From assembly GCF_009914755.1 (NCBI RefSeq), contig NC_060944.1: 64,000 nucleotides of DNA; one strand, written 5' to 3'. Source of the stretch: the human T2T-CHM13v2.0 reference genome, Homo sapiens. Position 1 is the stretch's first letter. Each line of letters opens with the position of its first letter. The notes under the pieces were generated by a model that saw only the letters and a list, made by a program, of their open reading frames with translations, had not been told where the DNA came from and made no database searches. Position numbers and translations under genes: made by a program. Positions 24,876 through 37,320 of this stretch are shown here, in pieces.

Positions 24876-26519
24876 TTTTAGGCCAGGCTGGGCCCCAACA
24901 GGGCTCAGAACAGGAGGTGGGGGGTGGGGGCAGCTGCCCCAATTCAGGCACATCCTGCCACCTGACAGTCACAGGGCGGGGTGGCATCTTCCTACTGGCA
25001 ATGCTGAGGTGTGGACACTGGGGCCTCACAGCAGGCTCCTCCACTGTATCAGGAGGAAGCGGATTCAGCTGGGAGTGAGGAGGTTTGCAGACCCTCAGGG
25101 GCTGGGTTTCCCACAGCTCTGTGCCCAGGTAGGTGGCACACGGAGACACCATCCTTGGCCTTGCAAAGCCTGGATTCATCTTGCATGTCACCCTTGGATC
25201 CCCAGGAAGATCCTGCCTGGGGGTGGGGTGTGGGGTTCAATCTGTTGTGGGGCGGACCTCAGCTGCACTGGGACAACCATGTGGCTTCAGGGAGGGGCTC
25301 TTTCTTCTCTGCCTTCTTTTACTCATTTTGTTTTTAATTTTAATTTAAAAAAAACATAAAAAGCTTTAATGAACTATGGGAAGTGTTTCTTTTGTACCAT
25401 AAAGAAGAGCTGGTAGATTCCCTGGGGCGGGGGATGGGGTGGCCTCCACTTTATGGGAAAGTCCCAGGTTTATTGTGAGCATCAAAGCCAGGGAGGCTCC
25501 TCTGTTCCAGGGCCCATCTCCATCCAGATGCCCGTGGCCCATATAGCATTGTCATCGGGTCATCATTTAACTTGTACACTCACTTTGTCACCACCCCAAC
25601 CTCAAGATGAGACCCCACTGTGCAGGAGTCTGCGCTGAGTGATAGCAGTCAGTGGTCCTGACAGAAGCAGCTTGAGAGACGGCTGGGTCGTGTGATGCTT
25701 TCAAATCCCATCTCCAAGAATGTTGCGTGTGCATTGAACATCTACTACATGAACCCTTGCACAGCCTTCCTGAGAAGTCTGATACCAGGATGCTTTCAGT
25801 GGCAAAAACCAGAAACTGCCATGCCCATCATCTTAAACCCTCAAGAAGTGTGTTACCTCCCTCCCCAGAGGCCTCAGGGCAGCCCCAAGCTGGTGAATGC
25901 AGCAGCCCGCGCGGCCTGGAGGAGCCGGGTGCTTTTCGCTTTTCCACTCCGCCACCCCAGACTGGCTCCCTCGTGGTTTCAGGATGGCTGTTTTGATTTC
26001 AGGGGGTGGAAAAAGAGGATCCTGGCCTTTTGGGGTCTTTGGATCAGTGAGGACACCTCTTCCAGGAGCTCCCATCAGACCTTTCCTCACCCCTCATTGG
26101 CCAGAACTGGGTCACATGCCCATCCCGAAACCGATCACCATCAATAGGACCCGGAGTACCACGACTGACTCACAGGAACCGGGACTGGCACCTGCGCTCC
26201 CAGGGGCTCATGGGCCTGAGAGCTGGACCTGGAGCTACATCAGGGGCCGTTAGGACACAGGAAGGCAACCAAGGGTGCCTGCTGCCATGACCTTGTTCCA
26301 TCCTTGAGTAGCAAGCACATCTGTGAGTGTGTGTTGGGTCCACAGGCTCAATAGTAACATACAACGGGAGCAACCCCTGTGGTAGGCAGCAGCACTTCCG
26401 AATCCCCACTCCTCACCGGCCGTTCATCACCAGAAACGTGGCTGAGTCTTCCAGGGCAGGCCGCTCTGCCCACCCAGGCCATTCTCTAGTGGACAGACCT
26501 GCCTTCTTTTAGTCTAGCC

Positions 26520-26735
26520 CTGGGATCTTAACTGGGGAGGATTTTGCCCCCCTGGGGCATCAGTAGCTGATGTCTGGGGACATTTTTGGTTTTCCTGACT
26601 GGGAGGGAAGATTGCTAGTGACATCTCGTGGGTGGAGTCCAGGGATGCTGCAGATGCCCCACAATGCACTGGCCGCCCCCACCGTGAGTTACCCAGCCCC
26701 GAAGGCTGATGGTGCCATGGCTGAGAAAACTGCTC
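26520..26735 (+). mobile_element. MER20
   Basis: TCTTAACTGGGGAGGATTTTGCCCCCCTGGGG...TGTCTGGGGACATTTTTGGTT...CAGGGATGCTGC...GGCTGAGAAAACTG. Confidence 0.85.
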
Positions 26736-27090
26736 TATCCCAGGGTTTTGCCATTACAAAGTCATGCTCACAAATGCGTGAACGCTGTTACTTATCGACA
26801 TTACAGGAGATTTTCAAAAATCGTGTTAACAGAATGCAAATGTTAGCATCAGAACGTAAGATCCAGCTTTGCGGCAACTTCGCTGTCTCAGGGGCTCCCT
26901 GAAGAAATCCTGCACCGTCTCACTTCTCACATGGCCCGTGCAAAGCTGCTGTCTAGGTGGAAAGCTCTCCCCACCCCAACCCCGACCCCTTCCCCATTCC
27001 CTTCTAACCGCCCACACCTTTCAGGGCTTGGCTGAGAGGCCTCTTCCTTCAGGAAGGCGTCCCTGACCTCTAGACCTCAGTGGTCCTACT

Positions 27091-27179
27091 GCCACCCGTG
27101 TGTGCTCCCTGGTCACGTGTCTGCTGTTGAACAGCCACTTGTGCGTGCTCCCTGGTCACGTGTCTGCTGTTGAACAGCC
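27091..27179. repeat. 43-bp tandem duplication containing a CACGTG E-box
   Basis: GTGCTCCCTGGTCACGTGTCTGCTGTTGAACAGCC is identical at 27102-27136 and 27145-27179. Confidence 0.95.
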
Positions 27180-27998
27180 GCGCCCGCCTCCCTGCGGCCT
27201 TGCTCCTGCCCTTCCTTCAAGGGAGCCTGTGCGCATGCTGGGCTGTCTTTGCAAGCTCCCACGCCACCTACCTGCCAACCAGGTGGCTTGAGAGGGCTGA
27301 CGAGAGCTCACCCTGCTGCACCTCTCTCTATGATCAGACACACACCTGCTCCGCATTGAGACTCAAAAGCGCAGGCTCCAGAATTGTTTTTTTATAATGA
27401 TTTATAAAAATAACATAAATCAAAAATTACTGCTGGGAAGCTGTCCGTTTCCACACACATCTGTACCTGTGGCTTTGTGCATACAAGGCTGACTCACAGG
27501 CTGCCACTGAAATCCTCTGGAATAAAATCAGGTTGGCATTTCTTCTATTCAGCACTGTACAGAATAAACCCAGGCAAGACAGGAATCAGGAGGCTTTTAG
27601 CTACAAAGGAACACACTTCTACCAGAGATGCTTTTAATAACTCTTTATCATTTTCATCACGAATCCAGAGGAGGGTGGCAGTGCCAGGTTGCTCGCTGAT
27701 GGACTCAGTGACATTATCAGAGACCCAGGATCCTTCTACCCTCCACATGTCAAGTTTGGTCCTAAGGCTCATCTCCTCATGGCGCACGAGGGTTGCACCA
27801 GCTCCAGCCATCACCTCCTCACTAGCTATGTCCAGATGTAGAGAATAAACATTTCCTTCTAGAGTCTCTTTTTAAGACTAAAGAAACCGCTTCCCAAATT
27901 CCTTCTGTGGACGTCCCCTCTGGACTTATGAACTTCAGCCTGTGTCTCTTCCTAACGACACTTGGCAAAAGGAATTGATTGCTCTGGTTGGCTAAGAC

Positions 27999-28170
27999 CA
28001 GGGGTGGCAAACGATGGCCCGGGGCCAATTCCATCCGCCATCTGCTCTTGTAATAGCCACATCCTTGTGCTTGCTTGTAGTCTATGGCTGCATTCACACT
28101 ACAGTGTCAGAGATTATATGCCTAAAGTATTTACTAGTTGGTCCTTTACAGAGAAAGTTTGCCAGCCCTG
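27999..28170 (+). mobile_element. MER58A-like MITE (internally deleted)
   Basis: CAGGGGTGGCAAACGATGGCCC...CCTAAAGTATTTACTAGTTGGTCCTTTACAGAGAAAGTTTGCCAGCCCTG. Confidence 0.8.
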
Positions 28171-28259
28171 GTTTGGACTCAGATGGATGACCAGGGCAGG
28201 ACAGGGCCATCCGTGAGCACATAGAGAAAGGGGTTGGTGTCGGGGGTGGAATCATTCAG

Positions 28260-28440
28260 GTGGGAACACAGAGGTATCTGGTTCAAATCTGGCTTTGCCT
28301 CTGACAAGCCATGTGTCCCTGGGGACCCCCTAATCTCTCTGAGGCTTAGTTCCTCCGTCTGTAAAAAGTCAAACCTTTCACCGTTTCTGTGTGGATTAAA
28401 CAAGGTAATAGACACAAAGCACCTGGCACGGAATAGACCC
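28260..28440 (+). mobile_element. MIR
   Basis: GGTTCAAATCTGGCTTTGCC...TAATCTCTCTGAGGCTTAGTTCCTCCGTCTGTAAAA...AGCACCTGGCAC. Confidence 0.7.
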
Positions 28441-29019
28441 TAAGCGTTATGTTCCTTTTAAGCCTTTCCTAATGGATTCTATGCTGTTAGACTCACCCCA
28501 AAAGAGAGGCTGCCACAGGGATTTGCGGTTTGCTAATTGGAATCCAAACATTGCTTCTGCTGTTACAAAAGCCAAGTTACCCAAAGTAGAATTGGTTTTA
28601 GGAGCTTTTTTGAAACTAGAAAGAGCTGACAATAAAAACTCCAAAGGAGACTTGTGCAACTGGTGATCATGGGTGGGAAGGGGTGGATGGGATGTCTTTT
28701 CTTGAGGGTTTTAGGATCCAAGAGTGTTTTGCTCCCAGAGATCTTTGTTGTTCGCTGCATGTCAAGGCAGGGGGCTGAGCAGGAAGGTTTGCTGAAGACG
28801 TCCTGGTGACACGCATTGAAGGCTGGGGTCCCCAACTCCAAGCCCTGAGAACCTCTTATAATATCCTGGCCACCCCCTATTTTGGAAGAAAATGGCTACC
28901 AAACAAAATGTTTTCATTAAGTCATTAATTTTATTTGTTTTTTTTTTTAAACCGATCAAAAACATATGTATTAGCCAATCTGGACTTCTGCTGAGACCAG
29001 AAAGCAAGAGACACAGGGT

Positions 29020-29265
29020 AAAAAGAAGAGGCTGTGGGTCTAGACAGACCTGAGTTTGCATCCTGGTTTTCCACTTTGGCTGTGTACACCTGGGGCAGGA
29101 GACCTCAGGTCTCCAGACTCACTTTCCTCATCGGTAAAATGGGGATCAGAACAGCACCTCCTTGCTAAGGTTCTTGAAAAGATTTGATAAGCCCAGTTAG
29201 GAGGTAATATGATGATGCAGGAAGGGCGTCAGGGCCTGGTGTATAGTAGATGCTCAACAAATGTC
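29020..29265 (+). mobile_element. MIR
   Basis: AGACAGACCTGAGTTTGCATCCTGG...TTTCCTCATCGGTAAAATGGGGAT...GTAGATGCTCAACAAATG. Confidence 0.8.
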
Positions 29266-29705
29266 AGAGACTATGTTTTCTAGTATATATATGGCTCCAG
29301 CACTGCAAGGCAGATACTAATGCCATTTTTCAAAAGAGGATACCAAGACTCAGAGAGGTAAAGTAATTTGTTCTACGTCACACAGCCAGGAAGGGCCAGA
29401 GCACAAGTCTGGGTGGCTCCAGGACACCAGTGAGTAGATATCAGGCTACTTGACCACCGGACAGTGACCAGGAGACCCACTGAGTGGCCATGATTCCTGC
29501 CTGAAGCAGAGCCAGGCGTTGTTTGAGTCGGGGCTGCCTCACCTTAGGAGGTGGCCTTCTATTAATAGCAGTGTTGACAACAGCCTCTAGGTGCACATGC
29601 CTGAGTCCACCCCAAAGTGGGGACCAGGAAGATCCCCAACCCCAGGGGAACCAGGAAGAGGCTGCCCCAAGCAGCCACAGGGCACCCTGGAGGACCCCCC
29701 GGCGG

Positions 29706-29719
29706 CCAGCAGAGGGCAG
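29706..29719 (+). promoter_or_regulatory. CTCF core motif (candidate)
   Basis: CCAGCAGAGGGCAG fully matches CCASYAGRKGGCRS and is preceded by GG. Confidence 0.5.
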
Positions 29720-30114
29720 CAGCCACCTGTAAGGGAGGAGGCCCTTGGGTTGACACAGGCAGGAGAGGGGCTGCCCAGCGCCAGGTGTCCCTGCCTGTGT
29801 CCTGACAAAGTTACAACAGTGGGGACCCTCACGGTTCTGACGAGGTGCCAGGACAGTCCTTTTGGAGCAGGCACTGCTGCTATGACCAGGCCTTTCACAG
29901 AAGGTGTCTAAGTGGCACGGCACCGGTAGGGAGCTGGGCCCACGCCCTGACAACCTCCCCACCCCCAGGGCTCCTTGCACTTCCCGCAGATCCAGAGGCA
30001 GGAACCGTGCAGGTGCACACAGCCCGGGAGCTGGGATCCTCCGAGGCCAGCACAGCTCATACCTGTTTTCGAGACGCAGGAGCTGAGATTCAGAGTGGGA
30101 AGTTATCTACCCAG

Positions 30115-30590
30115 TGTGATTCACGGAATAATGTCCAGAGCCTGTGAACATGTCACTTTACATGGCAAAAGGGACTTTGTAGGTGTGATTCAATTAAGGA
30201 TCCTGGGGTGGGGAGATATTCCCAGGTTAGCTGGGTGGGCACAGTGTGATTCCTTATAAGACGGAGGTAGGAGGGTCAGAGTCACACCAAGGCCATGTGA
30301 CAGAGCAGCGGAGGTTGAAGTGATGCAGGGAGAGACTCCACCGGCCACCACTGGATTTGGGGAGGGCGGAAGGGGCCACAGGCCAAGGAATGTGGTGGCT
30401 TCTAGAAACTAAAAAGGCCAGGAAATTGGTTCCCCCCAAAGCCTCAGGAAGGGATGCAGTCTGCCACTCCTTGATTTTAGCACAGTGAGGCCCACTTCAG
30501 ACTTCCGAGCTCCAGACTATGAGATCAAGTGTTGTTTTAAGCCACCAAGTTTGGGAAAATTTGCCACAGCAGCAAGAGGAAACGAACGCA
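30115..30590 (+). mobile_element. MLT1D/C MaLR solo LTR
   Basis: CCTGTGAACATGTCACTTTACATGGCAAAAGGGACTTTGTAGGTGTGATT...GTGTTGTTTTAAGCCACCAAGTTTG...CAGCAGCAAGAGGAAACGAACGCA. Confidence 0.88.
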
Positions 30591-30647
30591 CTCAGGTGCT
30601 CCTGCCACACACACTCACAGTTGCACAAGCTGGTGCAGCTCCAGACC

Positions 30648-31215
30648 CACACACCTCCACCACCACACACTCCGCCATGCACACACACCTCCACGCACAC
30701 ACACCTCCACCCGCACACACACACACCTTCACCACCACACACTCCACCCACACACACCTCCACCCACACACCTCCACCCACACACACCTCCGCCCACACA
30801 CACCTCCGCCCACACACACCTCCGCCCACACACACCTCCACCCACACACACCTCCGCCCACACACCTCCGCCCACACACACCTCCGCCCTCACACACCTC
30901 CACCCACACACACCTCCACCCACACACGCCTCCACCCGCACACACCTCCACCACCACACACACCTCCACCCACACACACCACCCATGCACACACCTCCAC
31001 CCACACACACACACCTCCACCCACACACACACACACCTCCACCCACACACACCACCCACACACACCACCCATGCACACACCTCCACCCACACACACACAC
31101 CTCCACCCGCACACACCTCCACCACCACACACATCTCCACCCACACACACCACCCATGTGCACACCTCCACTGGCACACACCACCCATGCACACACCTCC
31201 ACTGGCACGCACTAC
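30648..31215. repeat. CA/C-rich minisatellite, ~16-bp unit (CACACACACCTCCRCC)
   Basis: Tandem CACACACACCTCCACC / CACACACACCTCCGCC units with CACCCATG variants. Confidence 0.95.
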
Positions 31216-31511
31216 TCCACCTGCGTGCGCCTCCCACCTGCGTTCACCCTCCACCTGTGTTCGCTCCCACCCACTCATGCCTCTCCACCCGCAAAAGTGT
31301 GAGTGCTGAGGCTGGGACTCAACCTGAGCCGCTGGCTCTGGATTACTGGGTCCTGCCGGGCTGGCCAGGCCTGGTCACAGGCCGGGTCCCAGTCAGCAGC
31401 TCTTTACCTCAACAAGGAGAAGGTTGGGAGGTCGCTGGGATTGTCATTACTTGTCCACATTAGTCAGGGTTCTTACCCTTCCCTCATCTCTTTCCCCATC
31501 CCCATGCCTCC

Positions 31512-31960
31512 CATTCATTCATTCAGTCATTCATTCAGTCAGTCAGTCATTCCTTTTCTCAACAAATACATATTTACTAAGCACTTACTGTGTGCCAGGC
31601 AATACAGTACTGAACAAGGCAGTCTGCTGAAGGAGGCAGACACAAGCCCCGAGAGGGGGTGATGTGACATCATGGAGGGCTTCCTGGAGGAGAGAAAGTT
31701 GTAATGACGAGATGCCAGGCAGCCAAAGCAGAGAGGGGTTCATCGAACGACCACATATGAGGCACTCGCCATGCCAGCGGGCTGGCAGCTGGATAAAGTG
31801 AGGTCCTCCGGGACTCAGGTCCAGTAGAGAAGTCAGGCACAGCATAGGGGGTGCTGGGAGGTGGACCCCCAGGAGAGGGGGGAAGGGGAGGAGACAGAGG
31901 TTACAGGAGGAGCCCAGGGAGGGCAGCGTGGAGAGAGCATAGGCTCAGGGGGCACAGCCG
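31512..31960 (-). mobile_element. L2 3' end with (CATT)n tail
   Basis: CATTCATTCATTCAGTCATT...CAACAAATACATATTTACTAAGCACTTACTGTGTGCCAGGC...GAGGGCTTCCTGGAGGAG. Confidence 0.75.
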
Positions 31961-32270
31961 GTGTCCCTGCACCTGACTCGCAGTGCGCGCTCGGGGAACA
32001 GCTGCTGGGTGGCGAGTCAGGGGCAGCAGGCCCGCTCGGCAACCACAGCTTTGGCTTCATTCTCAGGACCTGCGTGTAGCGAGCGACTCCGCACGAGCTT
32101 GCCCTCCGCAAGGGCCTGCAGAGAGAGCCGCTCCCCCGCACGCTTCTTGCCACCGGCTGAGAATATGCTGAGCACCCACCAGAGGGCGTCCGCACTCACT
32201 GTGCCCCCGGCCTGCGCTCTCACAGTTGACAAGGGACACGCGGGCACGCGCGCAGCCTCATGCTCACGCA
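31960..32270. promoter_or_regulatory. Short CpG-rich unique segment with a CTCF-like motif (32176-32189)
   Basis: Visibly elevated CpG (GCGCGCTCGG, GCGAGCGACTCCGCACG, ACGCGGGCACGCGCGC) and CCACCAGAGGGCGT. Confidence 0.45.
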
Positions 32271-33369
32271 CTCACACGCATCCAGTCCCTCACACACTGA
32301 AACACATATTCACACACATGCTTGCTCACACACAGACCCCTGCACATTCACTCACACACACACTCATACAGATGCACGCTCCAACATGCAGGCTCGTGCA
32401 CACACACACTCAGAAACACTGTCACACACACCCCTTTCCACACAGCCAGCATGCCAGGACAGGCCTGTCATCCCCCTGAGAGTTGCCTGTGCCCTACCCA
32501 AGGTGCCCTGCAAGAGCCCTGCCCTGAGCGGTGACCCCAGAGCCTCAGACTTGCGGGGAGGGGTAGGGACCTGCCAGGTGGCCATAACATCCCCAGAGGC
32601 CTGCGAGTCCTGCCAGGGCCAGAGGGCAGTGAGGGTCCCCAGGCCGGGACACACCCCGACAGGGATCAGTCCGTCCAGCTGGGAGGACCTCCCCTCTGAC
32701 CCCTCCTCCACGCAGGCCCAGCTGGAGAATAAGCACAGGCACACACACTTCCAACCCACCGCCTGCATCCATTACAACCACCCTTCCACCCGCACAGACT
32801 TGCTGGGAGCCGGGAAGATGCCAGCCTGCTTTTCTGCTCTCCCTCCTTCAATCCGCACCGGGGTCTAGGGAGCAGGCGCTGTCGTGATGATGCCCGCTTT
32901 ACGGAGGGGAAACTGGACTCCAGGGTATGGGGGCTGCCAAGAGCAGCACAGGAACCGAGCCGGTGGGCATCCGCACCAGCCTCCTGACCCTCCCCTCTTG
33001 GGTTCCCTGAGTTGGTGGGAGAGCACCCAGCCCCTGGGCAGGGAGGCCAGGTGCCCGGCTGCCCAGGCGTGGGAGGGGCAGAGCCCTGCCCACCTGGGGT
33101 GGACACGGCACTCCAGGAGGGTGACAAATTCACTGGACCTTGGACAGGCATGAGGGTGGGGGTGAGTGATTGTGTAGGAATATTTGTGGGGAGGTGCTTG
33201 TCTCTCCGCACTGTGAAATGGATGCTCAGAGAACTCCCCACGAGGCTGGTGGGAGGGTGGGTGGGGGAGGGGAACGCCTGTGTGACGTAGAAATAATGAC
33301 TCGGGCAGTGCGACGGCTCATGTCTGCGGGCACCTACGTGCAGGCTGTACTCCTCGTGTACACATCTAT

Positions 33370-33520
33370 TAATTTGTTTAGGCCTGATGGCCACCCTATG
33401 AGGCAGGCACTGTTGCCATCCCCCTTTACAGAGGGGAAACTGAGGCACAGGGCAGTTAAGTCAGGGTCCTGCCTGAGCTAGTGAGCAGCAGAGCCAGGGT
33501 GCAGACCTGAGGAGCTTCCC
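33370..33520 (-). mobile_element. MIR
   Basis: CACCCTATGAGGCAGG...CCCCTTTACAGAGGGGAAACTGAGGCACAG. Confidence 0.75.
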
Positions 33521-34925
33521 TCTAGACCCAGAGCTTCCTCTGTCACAGATGGCCATGAGCCTGGCGGCGTAAAACAACACCCACATGTCACCCTACAGCT
33601 GAGGTTGGATGCCAGCTGTGCCCTTCTCTTTTCTGGCTGCTCCGAGGCCTCATCCCCATCTTCGCCTCTCAGAGCGCATTTCCCTTGCATCTCCAGTCCC
33701 TTCTCCCTCCATGGGTGCTGCTGTGTCCCCGTCTGCGTGCTCCTTCCCTGTGTCTGTCTGTAGGCGTCTCTATGCATCTCCATACGTGTTTCTGTCTCCA
33801 CCCCACCCCTGCCCTGCGCTGTCCCTTTGAGTGGAGCAGGATGGCCAGGCCCTCCCATGTGGACAGATCTTGCTGTTCCTCATGGAAATTCAATGTCCCT
33901 GGGCCTTGGATCTCCTTCCAATGTGGACCAAGCCTGGGTCTTGCTGTGTCTCCGGGTATACCGGCTGCAGCCGCCTAACCTGAGACCCTGCTGAGGGACT
34001 CAGCCCTGATCTCCGGGGCACCCTCTGCCCAGCTGTCCTATCCCCCCCTTTGTTCCTGCCTGGTCACCCCCACCTCAGTGACACCCCCCACCCGCCACTC
34101 AGTAGAAGCCTCAGACCTTCCCTGCAGATGAAGGGGAGTGGGGGCAAAGGGAGGCCTGGAATCAGGGGGTTGTAAAATCGTGTCCTGGAATTTGCTGGAA
34201 GCAGAAAAGTCCCCCATAAAAGTCTTTGGATCCCTCATATTCGGTTTCACGAGCCAGTCATCCGGGAAATGGCTAAGAGCAGACCAGCATCAAAGCAGCG
34301 GCCTCTGCTCCCCCAGTCCCAGCCCGGTGGGCGGTCAGGCATGGGAGAGGCCAGGGCCTGGTCACCGAGCCTGTCCTTTGCTTGTGGCTGCGAGATGCTG
34401 AGTGGCCATCTGCAGCCCAGGATGACTGTCTTGGGTGGGTGGCCCTCCCGGCCAGGCCCTTGAGTAGTCTAGAAGACAGGACAGAGACGCGGGACCTCCG
34501 CCTCTGTGGGCACACAGACCTCAGTGGCACGCCTCAGGCTTGGCCAGAACCCTGACCTGGGTTGCACCCCTCATTTCCCTCCACAGCAAGTTCGTCCCAC
34601 ACTGGGTTTCCTCACCAGAATAAAAGTCCCCACTGCTCAGATCACCCGGGCAGCTCCTGATGGGTGAGGACAGGATGGGGCAGGTGGGAAGTAAGTAGGT
34701 GCTAGAGCAGGCTGAGAATCTTGGCTAAACAAATTCATTCATTCATTTAAGAAAGTATCTCTTGAATGCCGGCTAGGAGCAATGTTCAGTAAGCCTGGGC
34801 AGGTGGGGCTAACAACACCTGCCTCGTGAGGTCGCTGCATCAATTAATTAATTGCTCATGGTAATCAAAATGGGCTTAAGGTCAGGCTCAGTTCAAACCT
34901 CAGCTCCACCACTTACTAGATGGGG

Positions 34926-35317
34926 TGTTGAGGTGCTCAATTTGACGCATGAACCTGGTGAGGTCGCAGTCCCCTGTTATTCAACCAAACACTCATCTAG
35001 GTGTTGCTACAATGGCGTTTGGTAGATGTGATTAAAGCCCGTCATCAGCTGACTTTAAGTAAAGGTTGGCCTGGATGACCCGGCGAGCCTGATCCAGTCG
35101 GTGGAAAGGCCTTAGAGCTGGCGGAGGCTCCCTGCAATGGAAGAAATTCCGCCTGTGACAGCGGCCTGAGCAGTGCCCCAGAGACCCAGCCTATCCTCCA
35201 CGATTCCCAACTTGCCTGGCCAGGCCCCACCATCGCCTAAGCCAACTCCCTGCAATAAATCCCTGAATATCTGCCTCCTACTGGTTCTGTTTCTCTGGTT
35301 GAACCCTGACTGATACA
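34926..35317 (+). mobile_element. MLT2D-type ERVL solo LTR inserted into a MIR
   Basis: GATGTGATTAAAG...CAGCTGACTTTAAGTAAAGG...CTACTGGTTCTGTTTCTCTGGTTGAACCCTGACTGATACA. MIR halves lie at ~34875-34925 and ~35320-35380. Confidence 0.85.
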
Positions 35318-35429
35318 GGGGCACTGGGCAAGTTACTCAGCCATAGTTTCCTCAGCTGTAAAATGGGAGTAACAATCTCTCATCAAATTGTAGTAAAGAG
35401 AGTGGGATCTACATAAAGACCATCTGATC

Positions 35430-35745
35430 ACTTTCTAGAACATACTAAGCTACTTCCTGCCTCTGAACCTTTCTGGTTGCTGTTCCTTTTACCCGAAATG
35501 CCTCTGGCTTTCTGTGTGATGGGCTTCCATCTTTCAGAACTTACTTAAAGGTCACCTCCTCCAGGAAGCTCTCCCTGACCACCCTGGCCAAAGTAGCTCT
35601 CTTTGCATTACTCTTGGTCGGATCACTCTGTTTAATTCTTCTGCTGCCCTTAGCATAGTTGAATTATTTCATTGATTATTATACCGATGGATTCAGATGC
35701 ATTTATATAACTTGGTCAACTTGTTTATTGCTCATCTCTTCCTCT
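35430..35745 (+). mobile_element. L2 fragment
   Basis: CTTCCTGCCTCTGAACCTTT...GCTGTTCC...GTCACCTCCTCCAGGAAGCTCTCCCTGACCACCC. Confidence 0.65.
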
Positions 35746-35749
35746 AACC

Positions 35750-36300
<551 letters not shown>

Positions 36301-36906
36301 CCAGCCCCTCAACACTCATAACATGGTCCAGGACAGTCATGTCAGAGCCCCAGGAGCGGGTTAGAATGATAGACTGCCCTGCTGCGTGGCATTAGCCTCC
36401 TTTTTAACAGGGTCCCATGACCCATGCCCATGTCACACTTTGGGAGGAAATGCTCCAGACTTTACAGTTTTCCTTGCTCATCTTGGGACCCCAGAGCCTC
36501 ACTCAGAGCCTGGCACACAGACACTCTAGATATGTGTGTTCCAAATTCTCGTCCCCTTCCTCTCTGTTACCTCTTTCACCCCCTGCTTCTCCAACAGAAA
36601 TAGGGCTGCCTTAAGGCCCAAAGCCACAGATATGAAAGACCAGAGACTCGGAGGTCTGAATCACCCAAGTCTACACCACCTGCCTCCAGGCTGTGAGCAG
36701 AAACCTCTGCACAGGAGGGAGGGCAGGCACCCAGTCCTTTCCACGTGCAAGATACAGGCACGTGTTTTCACCTCAGCACCATTTTACAAAAGAGACAAAG
36801 CTTGGTCTCTTTTTCCTCCCTTAACTTGGAACCTACCAGCTACTCTACCAAGTCTCTACAACAAGACAGGAAACGTCCATTCCTGACACATGGAGGTAAT
36901 GGGCAT

Positions 36907-37172
36907 AAGGCTGCCAGATAAAATACAGGATGCCCAGTTAAACTTAAATTTCAGAAAAATGACAAATAATGAGTTAGTATAAGTATGTCTCATATATTGC
37001 ATGAGATATACTAAAAAAATTATTCATTGTTTATCTGAAAATCAAAATTAGTTAGAAGTCTTGTATTTTTACCTGCATGGGATATAGTTATGCTACAAGA
37101 GTATTTGTTGTTTATCTAAAAATCATATTTAATTGGGGTTGCCATATTTTTATTTGCTAAACCTGGTAACCC
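36907..37172. mobile_element. MER53 with duplicated right arm
   Basis: AAGGCTGCCAGATAAAATACAGGATGCCCAGTTAAA...AGTATAAGTATGTC is followed by two successive TGCATG(A/G)GATATA...TTTATCT...TATTTTTA arms, ending CTGGTAACCC. Confidence 0.85.
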
Positions 37173-37179
37173 AAAATGG

Positions 37180-37320
37180 GCAGGAGTGGCTACATAATTA
37201 TTAAGAATTATTAAAGATTTCCAGATGGTGCCAGGAGAGTTTTAAACCAAGCCTGGAGAACTTGTGAGCATGGCCCTGTGCAACTGCCAGAGTTGTACAC
37301 CCTGGAAGCCAGCCACCCTG
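37180..37320 (-). mobile_element. MER45A-like MITE (internally deleted)
   Basis: GGCTACATAATT...TTAAACCAAGC...GGCCCTGTGCAACTG...GAAGCCAGCC. Confidence 0.65.

Noticed and set aside
30485-31463. Long ORFs (274 and 314 aa, His/Thr/Pro-rich) and their antisense ORFs
   Set aside because: They are translations of the CA-rich minisatellite, which lacks stop codons by composition. No domain or splice context.
32168-32190. REST/NRSE site (TGAGCACC...)
   Set aside because: Only a weak left half-site; the GGACAG right half is missing, and the sequence fits CTCF better.
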